The notes below the pieces were generated by a model. The model worked only from the letters and a program-made list of their open reading frames with translations. It was not told the origin of the DNA and made no database searches. Positions 28,966 through 38,336 of a DNA stretch of 64,000 nt are shown piece by piece. Source of the stretch: an uncultured virus (IMG/VR IMGVR_UViG_3300021093_000053) (Duplodnaviria > Heunggongvirae > Uroviricota > Caudoviricetes). Where the stretch lies: the IMG/VR virus record IMGVR_UViG_3300021093_000053. One strand, 5' to 3'. A program made the position numbers and the translations under genes. The stretch's first letter is position 1. Each line of letters starts with the position of its first letter.

Positions 28966-30699
28966 ATGGCAAAAGAAAAATCATTAGTAGAAGAAGCAAT
29001 CATCCAAATGAAGAATTTGGAAGAGGCGGTTGCCGAAAATGCAAAAGGAATACTTGCATCAACGATGAAGCAAGAAATCAAAGATTTAGTAAAAGAATCT
29101 CTATCTGAACAAGATGAAGATGAGGTTGAAACAGATGTTGACATTGAAGATGACGCAGACATTGATATGGATGCCGAAGATGATATGGATACAGATAACG
29201 ACTTAGGTGATGAAGACATTGACGTTGATGTAGATGCGGATTCTGAAGATGTAATTGACTTAACAGGTCAACCTAGTTCTGAAGTTCTTAAAGTGTTTCA
29301 ATTACTTGGACCTGAAGACCAAATAGTGGTTACTAAAGACCCTAATGGGAACATAAACTTAAAAGATAACGAAACAAACAAAGAATATATGATAGTAGGT
29401 GAAAACATTGAAGAAGAAGATTATCTGAACGAATACTCTGAATTAGGTGATATGAATGAAGAAGATTGGTCGACAGATGGAATGAATAATGAAGATATCG
29501 ATGCTCTTGTTGAAAGAGTTTTTGGTGTTGAAGATGAATATTCTGAAGATTCTGACTATGATGACACTTCTGACTTTGTTGGACTTGGTGGTATGGACGA
29601 AGGTGTTTACGCTGCCGTTCGCGAAGATTATGACGATGAAGCAAATATGGGTGCCTTAGATGAAGATGATTTCGATAGTATTGATATGAACAAAATGTAC
29701 GGAGACGAAGGTGCTGACCAATTAGGTGAGGATAACGATGATATCGTTTACGAAATTGAATTTGATGGAGAAGAACCTGAACTTTCTGAACGGGGCCACT
29801 CTAGATATCGTGATTTAAAATACCATTTTGGTAGACGTGGTGAAGATGAAGATGAATATGACACTACGGATGACTATAAAGATGGAGATTATGATGAACT
29901 TGAAGAATGGTCTTGGGGTGGTGCTTTAGCAGGAGGAATATCAGGAGGATTAGGTATTGATGAAGATATGGAAGAACCTGTAATGGAAAGTAAAAAAATG
30001 TCACGTAAAATACCTGGAGTCGGAATGGGTAAACCTAAATTTTCTTATGATGGCAAACCTAACCAAAACTTACGTGTGAAAAAACAAGGTTACGGTGGTA
30101 AAGGAATTGGATTTGGAAACGCTAAAAAAGCATCTAAGTTTGACGCTGACAAAGATAATGGTCAAATGGATGGAGAATTTAGAGTTAAACCTAAAAAGTT
30201 TGAAGCAAAAGAAGCGGCACGTACATATGGTAATGGTTCTAAATCAGGAAGAGGGCTTAGAAAAGGAATCACTCCTAATAGAAACCTTACGTTTGAAAAC
30301 GTTGACGCGAGAGAAATACAAATCCTTAGAGAAAAAAATGAAGAATACAGAAAAGCATTAAATATCTTCAGAAATAAATTGAATGAGGTTGCGGTGTTTA
30401 ACTCAAACTTGGCTTACGCTACACGTTTGTTTACAGAACACTCAACGTCTAAACAAGAAAAAATAAATATATTAAGAAGATTTGATTCTGTAGAAACTAT
30501 TAAAGAGTCTAAGAATTTATATCACCAAGTTAAGGATGAATTATCTGTGTCATCAAACCAATCACCAATCAACGAATCATTTGAAAGAGTAATTGAAAAA
30601 ACTCCTTCTACAGGTTCAGCGGTTAACTTGATTGAGTCTAAGACATATGAAAATCCACAATTCTTAAGAATGAAAGACTTAATGTCAAAATTAAGATAA
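28966..30699 (+). CDS. Prohead core scaffolding protein (gp22-like position)
   Basis: Very acidic with a coiled-coil C-terminus (LNEVAVFNSNLAY); directly upstream of the major capsid gene. Confidence 0.75.
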   Translation: MAKEKSLVEEAIIQMKNLEEAVAENAKGILASTMKQEIKDLVKESLSEQDEDEVETDVDIEDDADIDMDAEDDMDTDNDLGDEDIDVDVDADSEDVIDLTGQPSSEVLKVFQLLGPEDQIVVTKDPNGNINLKDNETNKEYMIVGENIEEEDYLNEYSELGDMNEEDWSTDGMNNEDIDALVERVFGVEDEYSEDSDYDDTSDFVGLGGMDEGVYAAVREDYDDEANMGALDEDDFDSIDMNKMYGDEGADQLGEDNDDIVYEIEFDGEEPELSERGHSRYRDLKYHFGRRGEDEDEYDTTDDYKDGDYDELEEWSWGGALAGGISGGLGIDEDMEEPVMESKKMSRKIPGVGMGKPKFSYDGKPNQNLRVKKQGYGGKGIGFGNAKKASKFDADKDNGQMDGEFRVKPKKFEAKEAARTYGNGSKSGRGLRKGITPNRNLTFENVDAREIQILREKNEEYRKALNIFRNKLNEVAVFNSNLAYATRLFTEHSTSKQEKINILRRFDSVETIKESKNLYHQVKDELSVSSNQSPINESFERVIEKTPSTGSAVNLIESKTYENPQFLRMKDLMSKLR

Positions 30700-30742
30700 T
30701 AAAAAATAAATAAACAAAAAAGCAAATAAAAAACCAAAAAAA

Positions 30743-32623
30743 ATGGGAGCATTATTAGAATCAGGTCTTGTTGGTAACATCGGTCTTAAGCACCTTAAAG
30801 TTATCAAAGAAGATACAATTAACAAATGGGATAGATTAGGATTCCTAGAAGGTCTAAGAGGACATTTAAAAGAGAACGTAGCTCAGTTATATGAGAACCA
30901 AGCGTCTCACCTAATTAATGAGGCAACTTCTGACGGTTCTTCAGGTTCATTTGAAACTGTTGTTTTCCCAATCGTTAGACGTGTATTCTCTAAATTATTA
31001 GCTAACGACATCGTGTCTGTACAAGCTATGAACTTACCTATCGGTAAATTATTCTACTTCGTACCTAAAATCCAAGGGTATAAAGATGGTAGTTATGATG
31101 CGGCGACTTATTCAGGTGGTTCAGGAGAACATTACGGTCCTGTTGGAGCAGTAAACGGTTTAACTGCTGACCAAGCTAAAGCTGGTCAAGGTTATACTAC
31201 AGGTACTGCGTCTAATTACAATCCTACTTACAAGAAAAATCTTTACGATTTATTCTATGAAGGTAATGAAGGTCAATTAGACCCTCCAGGATTATTTGAT
31301 TACTCTAAAGGTCAGTGGTCGGCGATTACTGCAACTACAGACGTACAAGTTTGGAATGGTTCTAACTTAGTTGACGCTGATGGTCAATACAATGGCGAAA
31401 ACGTAAGAAAAGTAATCGTTAAAATGTGTGGTTTTGCTAACACAGGTAATGGTAAATTAATCGGACCTGATGGAAATGAGTATGATACTGAATCATTCTT
31501 AGCAGACTTAAGAGTATTCGCTAACGAAAATTTCACAGATGATGATTCACCATGTAATGTTGTTTTTGCTGACGACGCTAAAACTATACCAAATTCTTTA
31601 TTGTTCCGTGTAGTTACACAACAATATGGACAAGGAATTGTTTCTAATTTATCAACAAGAGCACAAGCATCTTGGCCTACAGAAGGAAATGGTGGATACT
31701 TTAATGATATTTGTACTCCTGATGGATGTATCTTTTTAGAAGTTGACCTTTCTTGTCCTGTATGTGCTAACTGTAACGCAACATCTTTAGATGGTTACAC
31801 AGGTACTACAATCGATACATTAGGTCTTAATGACTTCACTGCAGTATTTAGACGTTACAAAGAACTTGAATTCGAAGACAAAATCGGTGAGGTTTCTTTC
31901 GACCTTGAGTCTGTAACAGTTTCTGTAACTGAAAGAAAATTAAGAGCACAATGGTCACCTGAATTGGCTCAAGACGTAGCGGCATTCCACAACATCGATG
32001 CTGAAGCTGAATTAACGGCTTTATTATCTGAACAAGTTGCGGCAGAAATCGACCGTGAAATCTTAAGAGACCTTAGAAAAGGTGCGGCTTGGAACTTACG
32101 TTGGGATTACAACGGATGGAGAAGAATCAACGCTACTACTGCGTATACACAAAAAGACTGGAACCAAACATTGATTACTGCAATCAACCAATTGTCAGCA
32201 CAAATCCACAAATCTACTTTAAGAGGTGGAGCTAACTGGATTGTTGTATCTTCTGAGGTTTCTGCGATTTTTGATGATTTAGAATACTTCCACGTATCTA
32301 ACGCGTCTCCTGAGCAAGACCAATACAACATGGGTATTGAAAGAGTTGGTACATTATCAGGTCGTTACCAAGTTTACCGTGACCCTTACTTCCCACCAAA
32401 CCAAATCTTAATTGGTCACAAGGGAACGTCATTGTTAGACACAGGTTACATCTACGCACCGTATGTACCTCTACAATTAACACCTACAATGTATAACCCA
32501 TTCAACTTTACACCTATCAAAGGTATTATGACAAGATACGCTAAGAAAATGGTTAACAACCGTTTCTATGGTAGAGTAACTGTTGATGGTATCCGTACAT
32601 TCGACTTAAGAGAATTGAGATAA
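30743..32623 (+). CDS. Major capsid protein (T4 gp23-like)
   Basis: IVSVQAMNLP.G..F, RKLRAQWSPELAQD..AFH.IDAEAEL, EIDREI, YAPYVPL, GIMTRY. Confidence 0.97.
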   Translation: MGALLESGLVGNIGLKHLKVIKEDTINKWDRLGFLEGLRGHLKENVAQLYENQASHLINEATSDGSSGSFETVVFPIVRRVFSKLLANDIVSVQAMNLPIGKLFYFVPKIQGYKDGSYDAATYSGGSGEHYGPVGAVNGLTADQAKAGQGYTTGTASNYNPTYKKNLYDLFYEGNEGQLDPPGLFDYSKGQWSAITATTDVQVWNGSNLVDADGQYNGENVRKVIVKMCGFANTGNGKLIGPDGNEYDTESFLADLRVFANENFTDDDSPCNVVFADDAKTIPNSLLFRVVTQQYGQGIVSNLSTRAQASWPTEGNGGYFNDICTPDGCIFLEVDLSCPVCANCNATSLDGYTGTTIDTLGLNDFTAVFRRYKELEFEDKIGEVSFDLESVTVSVTERKLRAQWSPELAQDVAAFHNIDAEAELTALLSEQVAAEIDREILRDLRKGAAWNLRWDYNGWRRINATTAYTQKDWNQTLITAINQLSAQIHKSTLRGGANWIVVSSEVSAIFDDLEYFHVSNASPEQDQYNMGIERVGTLSGRYQVYRDPYFPPNQILIGHKGTSLLDTGYIYAPYVPLQLTPTMYNPFNFTPIKGIMTRYAKKMVNNRFYGRVTVDGIRTFDLRELR

Positions 32624-32642
32624 TCAAAATCTTAAAAATAAG

Positions 32643-32674
32643 AAAAAGGTCAGATAAATCTGACCTTTTTTTTT
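32643..32674 (+). terminator. Rho-independent terminator after the capsid gene
   Basis: AAAAAGGTCAGA-taaa-TCTGACCTTTTT plus T run. Confidence 0.9.
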
Positions 32675-32801
32675 GTTTGATAATTTAAATTGATACTTTG
32701 CTCATTTAACTAAAAATTAATAAAACTTATTAAGTGTTTATACTTATTATTAATTTAATTTAGAATATTTATAAATTACAATAATCTTAAAAAAAATAAC
32801 T

Positions 32802-33084
32802 ATGAAGTTTATATTAATGATATTAGTTTTTTTAATGTCATTTGTAACTGTAGGACAAGTATCAGGTAGGTATTCTTTCTCATCATCAAGTGGAACATAT
32901 ACACCAATAACAGGTGGTGTTAATTATGATAATTTTACCAATTGGAATAATACCGCGTATTCAGGAACATTACCTAATAGTACCGCAGGTTTTTTAGATG
33001 ATAATGTATCATCCGCTTTATTACCTATAGGGTTTAATTTTTGAGGTGTATGAAGACGGGACAATGAAAAAAATAATTAGGTAA
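32802..33084 (+). pseudogene. Internally deleted secreted (T9SS-like) protein gene
   Basis: Signal peptide ending VG|Q, YSFSSSSGTYTPITGG..DD...LPIGFNF, then a stop; the next frame gives FEVYEDGTMKKIIR* followed by a terminator. Confidence 0.6.
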
Positions 33085-33172
33085 AGTGGGGAAACCCACT
33101 TTTCTTTTTAGATAATGAATTCTAAATGTTTTTTTTTAACTAATAAGATATTTATTTATAAACAATGTAATT

Positions 33173-34192
33173 ATGAAAAAATTGTATTTTCTAAATGAAG
33201 AAGAAAAAGAAAGAATTTTAAAACTTCATAAGAGTGCCACAAGAAAACAATACATAACCGAAGACATGGATAATAGAATGTGTGAGGGATGTGGTAAATC
33301 AGATATGTATGAATATTCTGAATTAGATGAAGCTGATGCGGGAGCGGTAGCGACAGGACTTGCTTTAGGTGGTGTTGTGGGAGCCGCTTTGGCTTATGTT
33401 AATTCATCTGCAGGGTCTTATAATGGTGTTAAAAAAATATTTGACGCTTGTAATGCTTCAGGTATGGGTAAATCAACAATGAACGGAGGAACTCTCGATA
33501 GTATCTCAAAACAAGTGAGAACCGCAATTGATGGATGGGGTACCGATGAAGATGCTATTAAATCGGCATTAGGACAAATCGCAACAATTCCTGATTTATG
33601 TGCGGTTAATAAAAGATATGCTGAAAATTACCCTGGTAGTACATTATTAGGTGATTTAGATGGTGATATCGATAGTGATAGTGAATGGAATAAATATGTA
33701 TACCAACCATTATTAGCAGCTAAAAGAAAATCAGAAGAACTTGGAGCAGGAAAATCTTCAGGAGGAGGTATGTTCGGAGCAATTTCAAGAAGTGCTAAAG
33801 CCGCGATGATTGCGTCTATGGTTAAATGGCAACCTTCGTGGGCTAAATATAAATGTATCCTTAACAATAAGGACGCTAAACCAGGTAAAATGTCTAATGG
33901 TAGTTATGCAATCACAATCGGTGGTTCTGTTTATTATGACAACGGAAGATATAAAGCTCCTGATGGTACTATGAAATCGTATACATGTCCTGGCTCAACA
34001 GTAACCCCAACAACCTCAAGTAAAACTTCTACATCAAGTAAAACCTCAACAACAGGTAAAACCGCAACTAAAACACCAAGTCCTGTGGCTCAATCCAATG
34101 TAAAACAAGTCCAAAAACTTGTTGGAGTTGCGGAAACAGGTGTGTTTGATGATGTGACTGCTAAGGCAGTTAGAACTAAATTAGGAATTTAA
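33173..34192 (+). CDS. Putative virion protein with Gly/Ala hydrophobic segment, annexin-like motif and C-terminal PG-binding-like domain
   Basis: AIDGWGTDEDAIKSAL; C-terminal VKQVQKLVGVAETGVFD..T. Confidence 0.6.
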   Translation: MKKLYFLNEEEKERILKLHKSATRKQYITEDMDNRMCEGCGKSDMYEYSELDEADAGAVATGLALGGVVGAALAYVNSSAGSYNGVKKIFDACNASGMGKSTMNGGTLDSISKQVRTAIDGWGTDEDAIKSALGQIATIPDLCAVNKRYAENYPGSTLLGDLDGDIDSDSEWNKYVYQPLLAAKRKSEELGAGKSSGGGMFGAISRSAKAAMIASMVKWQPSWAKYKCILNNKDAKPGKMSNGSYAITIGGSVYYDNGRYKAPDGTMKSYTCPGSTVTPTTSSKTSTSSKTSTTGKTATKTPSPVAQSNVKQVQKLVGVAETGVFDDVTAKAVRTKLGI

Positions 34193-34213
34193 TAAATTAA
34201 GAAAAATATAATC

Positions 34214-34669
34214 ATGAAAAGATTAATTATAACTGAAGAAGAAAAAAGAAGTATTCTTTTAAAACACGGTAGTAAATCATTTTTAAATGAGGCTGCTAAA
34301 GACGATATTATGGCAATACAAAAATCTTTAGGTTTAACTGCGGATGGTGTGGCAGGACCTAAAACAATCTCATCTATTATCGCAAAATTAGGTGGAGGTT
34401 CATCAGCGGCGGCGACCAATAAAACCGCAACACCTACGACACCTGCAACACCAACAACCCCTACTACACCTACTACACCAACAACCCCTACTACACCTAC
34501 TACACCAACAACCCCTACTACACCTACTACACCTGCCGCGGCTACCACTACAACATTCTCAGCGGCACCTGTTGCGGGGGCAACAACTTTAGAACAAGCT
34601 TGTGGTACAAGAAAAACTAATAAAGACTATAGACTTTGTAAAAAAGTATTTAACAAAACTACCAAATAA
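34214..34669 (+). CDS. Peptidoglycan-binding domain protein with (TTP)n tract
   Basis: IQKSLGLTADGVAGPKT; 27-nt tandem repeats at about 34430-34535. Confidence 0.75.
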   Translation: MKRLIITEEEKRSILLKHGSKSFLNEAAKDDIMAIQKSLGLTADGVAGPKTISSIIAKLGGGSSAAATNKTATPTTPATPTTPTTPTTPTTPTTPTTPTTPTTPTTPAAATTTTFSAAPVAGATTLEQACGTRKTNKDYRLCKKVFNKTTK

Positions 34670-34671
34670 TT

Positions 34672-35175
34672 ATGAAAAATACTAATATACTTAAAGAAAT
34701 AAATGAAATGAAATATCTCTTTGACTATAGGAGAGGTAAAGTTATTTCTGAACAAGAAAGTTCTGATGTGACAGATTTTGTGGTTGGTGGTAAACAAGAA
34801 GTTAGTGTTGGACCTAAAACTGTTGCTCCGACCGTATCAAGCACTCCTTCAACAACTACTAAAACAACTAGAAAAGCCACAGGTTTAGAAGTTCAAAAAT
34901 TACTCAATACAAAATTTAGTGCTGGTTTAAAAGAGGATGGTAGAGTTGGTCCTTTAACTCTTGGTGCAATTATGAACGCTCTCGAGGGTTCATCAGGTTC
35001 ATCTGCAGGAACCTCAACAGGAGTATCCACAACACCTACTACTACAGTAGCGGGTGGTTCAGTAACTTCAACAACTACGGTTGCTGGCTCAACAACACAA
35101 ACTTCAACCGACGCAGCATCAGGAGGTGGTGGTATAGACCCTAATGTGGTGGGACAAGAATTTAATTTTGGTTAA
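34672..35175 (+). CDS. Peptidoglycan-binding domain protein, Ser/Thr-rich
   Basis: VQKLLN....GLKEDGRVGPLT. Confidence 0.7.
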   Translation: MKNTNILKEINEMKYLFDYRRGKVISEQESSDVTDFVVGGKQEVSVGPKTVAPTVSSTPSTTTKTTRKATGLEVQKLLNTKFSAGLKEDGRVGPLTLGAIMNALEGSSGSSAGTSTGVSTTPTTTVAGGSVTSTTTVAGSTTQTSTDAASGGGGIDPNVVGQEFNFG

Positions 35176-35195
35176 AAAATAAAATATAGTATAAT

Positions 35196-35225
35196 AAAAA
35201 GACCGACTACAAATCGGTCTTTTTT
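35196..35225. terminator. Bidirectional terminator
   Basis: AAAAAGACCGA...TCGGTCTTTTT between convergent genes. Confidence 0.8.
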
Positions 35226-35226
35226 A

Positions 35227-35463
35227 TTATATGTCATCTTCAGTTCCCTTCCCAACTTGTTCCCTACTTAATACTCTAATACATTTAGAAATAACTTCAG
35301 ACTCACCAAGAGTAAAGGCACTCATATTATGACAATATTTAATCGCTTCAACCAAAAGATAAATTGCTCTGTCCTTATCCATAGTATCGAGTAATACCTC
35401 TAAATGATTTTCATCTTGTAGTTGTATATTATTAAATAATTTTCCGTATAATTTTTCTTCCAT
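35227..35463 (-). CDS. Hypothetical protein
   Basis: 78-aa ORF. Confidence 0.7.
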   Translation of the reverse strand: MEEKLYGKLFNNIQLQDENHLEVLLDTMDKDRAIYLLVEAIKYCHNMSAFTLGESEVISKCIRVLSREQVGKGTEDDI

Positions 35464-35467
35464 AATT

Positions 35468-35881
35468 TTAATTTAATGAACCGTTAACCTTTTCCAAAAT
35501 TGTATGTAAGGAATAGTTTATTTGAGACTTAATTTGATTTTCTAAATCAATTCTTATTTTTTCTGTTTTATTATCATACATATTTGTTAATCTATCCCAA
35601 TCCCTCTGTACTAATCTAACATCATAATGATATACATGATTAGTCATACTTACTCGTCTATCATCTAAAATAACAAATAAATCAAGAGTTGTATTTCTGA
35701 TATAACGTTTACCTGATAGAGGAGCGATTAAAAACTTAGAATCGTCATGTCTAATTAAACCTCTACAAATACTAACACAAGTCCTTTCATTTTCCGACAA
35801 TTCATCATCCTCAGACTTCATGAATTTATATTTTAATAATAATGACCACTTAACGTACAACCTTTTAAAAATTCTCCTCAT
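35468..35881 (-). CDS. Hypothetical protein
   Basis: ORF 35468..35902; first ATG at 35881. Confidence 0.7.
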   Translation of the reverse strand: MRRIFKRLYVKWSLLLKYKFMKSEDDELSENERTCVSICRGLIRHDDSKFLIAPLSGKRYIRNTTLDLFVILDDRRVSMTNHVYHYDVRLVQRDWDRLTNMYDNKTEKIRIDLENQIKSQINYSLHTILEKVNGSLN

Positions 35882-35975
35882 AATTTTATTTTTTATATTC
35901 AATTAAGTATAGGATAAAATATTGATAAAAACAGGTCTTGTTAAAAGTTTTTACATTATTAAAATATTTATAGAT

Positions 35976-36599
35976 ATGGATGAATGGATTGACGTTAATA
36001 AATTACCAATAAATGAAGCAACGATGACTTCATTAACTGCAGGTGTTTATAACGGTCCACAAGAATTAGGTATAAAAAAATGGAAAAAATCCGAAATGGG
36101 TCCATTTTACGTAAGTTTAAAAAATGAACTTAATAAACTTAGTAAACAAAAAACTCTAAAGAATAATAAAGCTCGTGTAGTAGGAATGTGGGAAAAAGGT
36201 ACTGATGGTACTTACGATGTTCCGACACATGATGTACACACTATTAATGAAGATTTAGCGGTTTGGTTTGGTACTAAAAAGAAACCAAAAGGTTCTTCAC
36301 AACCAAAAGGTCCTTGGGTTAACATATGTCGTAAAGATAAGGACGGTAAACATCCTCCATGTGGAAGGCCTAATACTGATAAAGGTGCGTACCCTAAGTG
36401 TAGAGCGGCGGGTGTTGCGGGTAAAATGTCTGATTCACAAAAGAAAGCGGCGTGTCAACAAAAAAGAGCGGCTGAGAAAAAAGATACACAAAGTGGTAAA
36501 GGTCAAAAACCTGTGATGACATCATACAAACCAAAAAAGAAAAAGACTCTTGAGGAGTCTTTATCTAAAATTATTAATAGAGTTTTAAATAGTCTTTAA
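35976..36599 (+). CDS. Hypothetical protein with basic Cys-containing module (WVNICR..PCGR..YPKCR)
   Basis: ATG35976 follows TATTTAT; modules separated by INE sites. Confidence 0.75.
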   Translation: MDEWIDVNKLPINEATMTSLTAGVYNGPQELGIKKWKKSEMGPFYVSLKNELNKLSKQKTLKNNKARVVGMWEKGTDGTYDVPTHDVHTINEDLAVWFGTKKKPKGSSQPKGPWVNICRKDKDGKHPPCGRPNTDKGAYPKCRAAGVAGKMSDSQKKAACQQKRAAEKKDTQSGKGQKPVMTSYKPKKKKTLEESLSKIINRVLNSL

Positions 36600-37067
36600 C
36601 AAGTTAATAAAATTAGTCCACGTATTTAAATCGTTCTCATTTCTACCTATATTGGCGGAATAACAACATAATACAACATTTTCTTTAGTGTAACCTTTAT
36701 TTCTATCTAACCTATCTAAAGAAGGTTGTTGGGGATGTTTCTTATAGTTTGATGGTATTAAAGGGACTTTAAACCAATAACACAAACCGTTTTGTTTTTC
36801 AAACATCTCATTAATATCACTAACCGTTAAAGTATTTTCTAAGTTACGATGTTTTGAATCATTTATTAAGGTATTTTGCCAAAGTCTTACTCTTCTTTCT
36901 TTTTGTTTAATACTCTCCTTGATTCTATGTTTAGGTTCTAATCTTTTTTTTCGTTTATATTCTCTTGTATCAATTAAAATACATTCTTTACATTTACTAC
37001 CTCTTTGTGTTTTATAAAAATCATTTTCTGACTTTATTTTACCACATTTACTACATTGTTTATCCAT
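36585..37067 (-). CDS. HNH-type (His-Me finger) homing endonuclease
   Basis: N-terminal CSKC..CKEC; QNGLCY...PSLDRLD..KGYTKENVVLCC..AN. Confidence 0.8.
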   Translation of the reverse strand: MDKQCSKCGKIKSENDFYKTQRGSKCKECILIDTREYKRKKRLEPKHRIKESIKQKERRVRLWQNTLINDSKHRNLENTLTVSDINEMFEKQNGLCYWFKVPLIPSNYKKHPQQPSLDRLDRNKGYTKENVVLCCYSANIGRNENDLNTWTNFINLLKTI

Positions 37068-37132
37068 ACTAATAAATGTATGGGTAAACATTAAAATACA
37101 AAAAAAAAGAGACGTTTAGTCTCTTTTATTTT

Positions 37133-37597
37133 TTAACAATAAGGTGGTGAACATCTCTTTTTACCATCGAGACCTTTTATCTTTCCTTTACAAACTTGTA
37201 CTCCATGTCCATTACTATATGCACTGGGAAATACGTCGTACCTCGCCTTGGCGGCCGCTTTACCACGAGCACATAATTTAGTACCCGTTTTCTTTCTACC
37301 TTCCATCATAACCATATCTTTATCATCTATATTCATAGATAATTCCATACCATCTTTTTTTGACTGATTCATTATAAAATCAAAAACTTGGTCTAAAGTA
37401 TTTTTAGATTCTGCAATATGGTCTTGTGCCCAATCGTGACCATTCTCTAAAATAGATTCTACCATGTTACGGTCTAAATCTAATAGTAAATCACATTGTC
37501 TTCTCATTTGTTCTAAATTAGAAAAGAACATATATCTACTACTTTCGTACGCCTCTTCCCTTAAAACTTTTTTTATAAGTGTATTTAAATTTTTCAT
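37133..37597 (-). CDS. Hypothetical two-module protein with basic LCARGK..YDVFPSAY module
   Basis: 154-aa ORF with leader MKNLNTLIKKVLREE; terminator at 37101-37126. Confidence 0.75.
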   Translation of the reverse strand: MKNLNTLIKKVLREEAYESSRYMFFSNLEQMRRQCDLLLDLDRNMVESILENGHDWAQDHIAESKNTLDQVFDFIMNQSKKDGMELSMNIDDKDMVMMEGRKKTGTKLCARGKAAAKARYDVFPSAYSNGHGVQVCKGKIKGLDGKKRCSPPYC

Positions 37598-37905
37598 ATA
37601 TTAAGATATTTCACATATGCTTTATCTGCATATTTTATGAACTTTTCACCATATATTTTGGCTAATCTATCCATAATTAATTGGGGATTTTTTCTCATGT
37701 ATCTTAAAATGTCAGCAGGGATTTGCTCATCATATTTACCAAATAAAGATTCAATCTCCTTTTCTCTTGGTTGCATTCTAACATTAGGTTCGACACTAAA
37801 TTTAGAATTACCAATCTCGTCATCAAATTCTTCGTCAGATTCATTAATAACTCTTTTAATGATTCGATTTAAATCTGATTCCGTTAATCTTACTGTCTTT
37901 TTCAT
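37594..37905 (-). CDS. Hypothetical protein with RLTESDL..IIKRVINE leader
   Basis: 103-aa ORF with ATGA overlap. Confidence 0.8.
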   Translation of the reverse strand: MKKTVRLTESDLNRIIKRVINESDEEFDDEIGNSKFSVEPNVRMQPREKEIESLFGKYDEQIPADILRYMRKNPQLIMDRLAKIYGEKFIKYADKAYVKYLNI

Positions 37906-37911
37906 TGTTTA

Positions 37912-38145
37912 TTAATTTGAACCTGAATGGTGTCTACGACCTTCCATCTTTTCATAATAACCCTCTTTAGAACCTTTCCAATCCCAAGGTAAGTCATTTT
38001 TAATATTATAATCTAATTGTTTGTCATCAACACCTTTAAGTTTTCTCATCAATTTTTTTATTAATGTTTCTTTTTCTTCTTCTTTGATGATTCTCTTAAC
38101 AATATTATGTAAATCGTTTTCAGTTAATCTTATTATCTTTTTCAT
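37912..38145 (-). CDS. Hypothetical protein with RLTENDL..IVKRIIKE leader
   Basis: 77-aa ORF. Confidence 0.8.
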   Translation of the reverse strand: MKKIIRLTENDLHNIVKRIIKEEEKETLIKKLMRKLKGVDDKQLDYNIKNDLPWDWKGSKEGYYEKMEGRRHHSGSN

Positions 38146-38146
38146 A

Positions 38147-38335
38147 TTAATTATAATATCCGTTTATCCCCCCTAATTGTACGGCATCTAATTGCATTAC
38201 AGTTCTTGTGTTACCAGACGCATCTATACCATCAGTCCATATTGGGTGTGGAGGAAAGACAGTTAAAGTATTCCCACTACAATCAAGTATACATAGAGGT
38301 TGTTCAGTGTTAGCGCTAAAAATTTCTTCGGCCAT
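38147..38335 (-). CDS. Small hypothetical protein
   Basis: 62-aa ORF abutting both neighbours with 1-nt gaps. Confidence 0.7.
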   Translation of the reverse strand: MAEEIFSANTEQPLCILDCSGNTLTVFPPHPIWTDGIDASGNTRTVMQLDAVQLGGINGYYN

Positions 38336-38336
38336 T

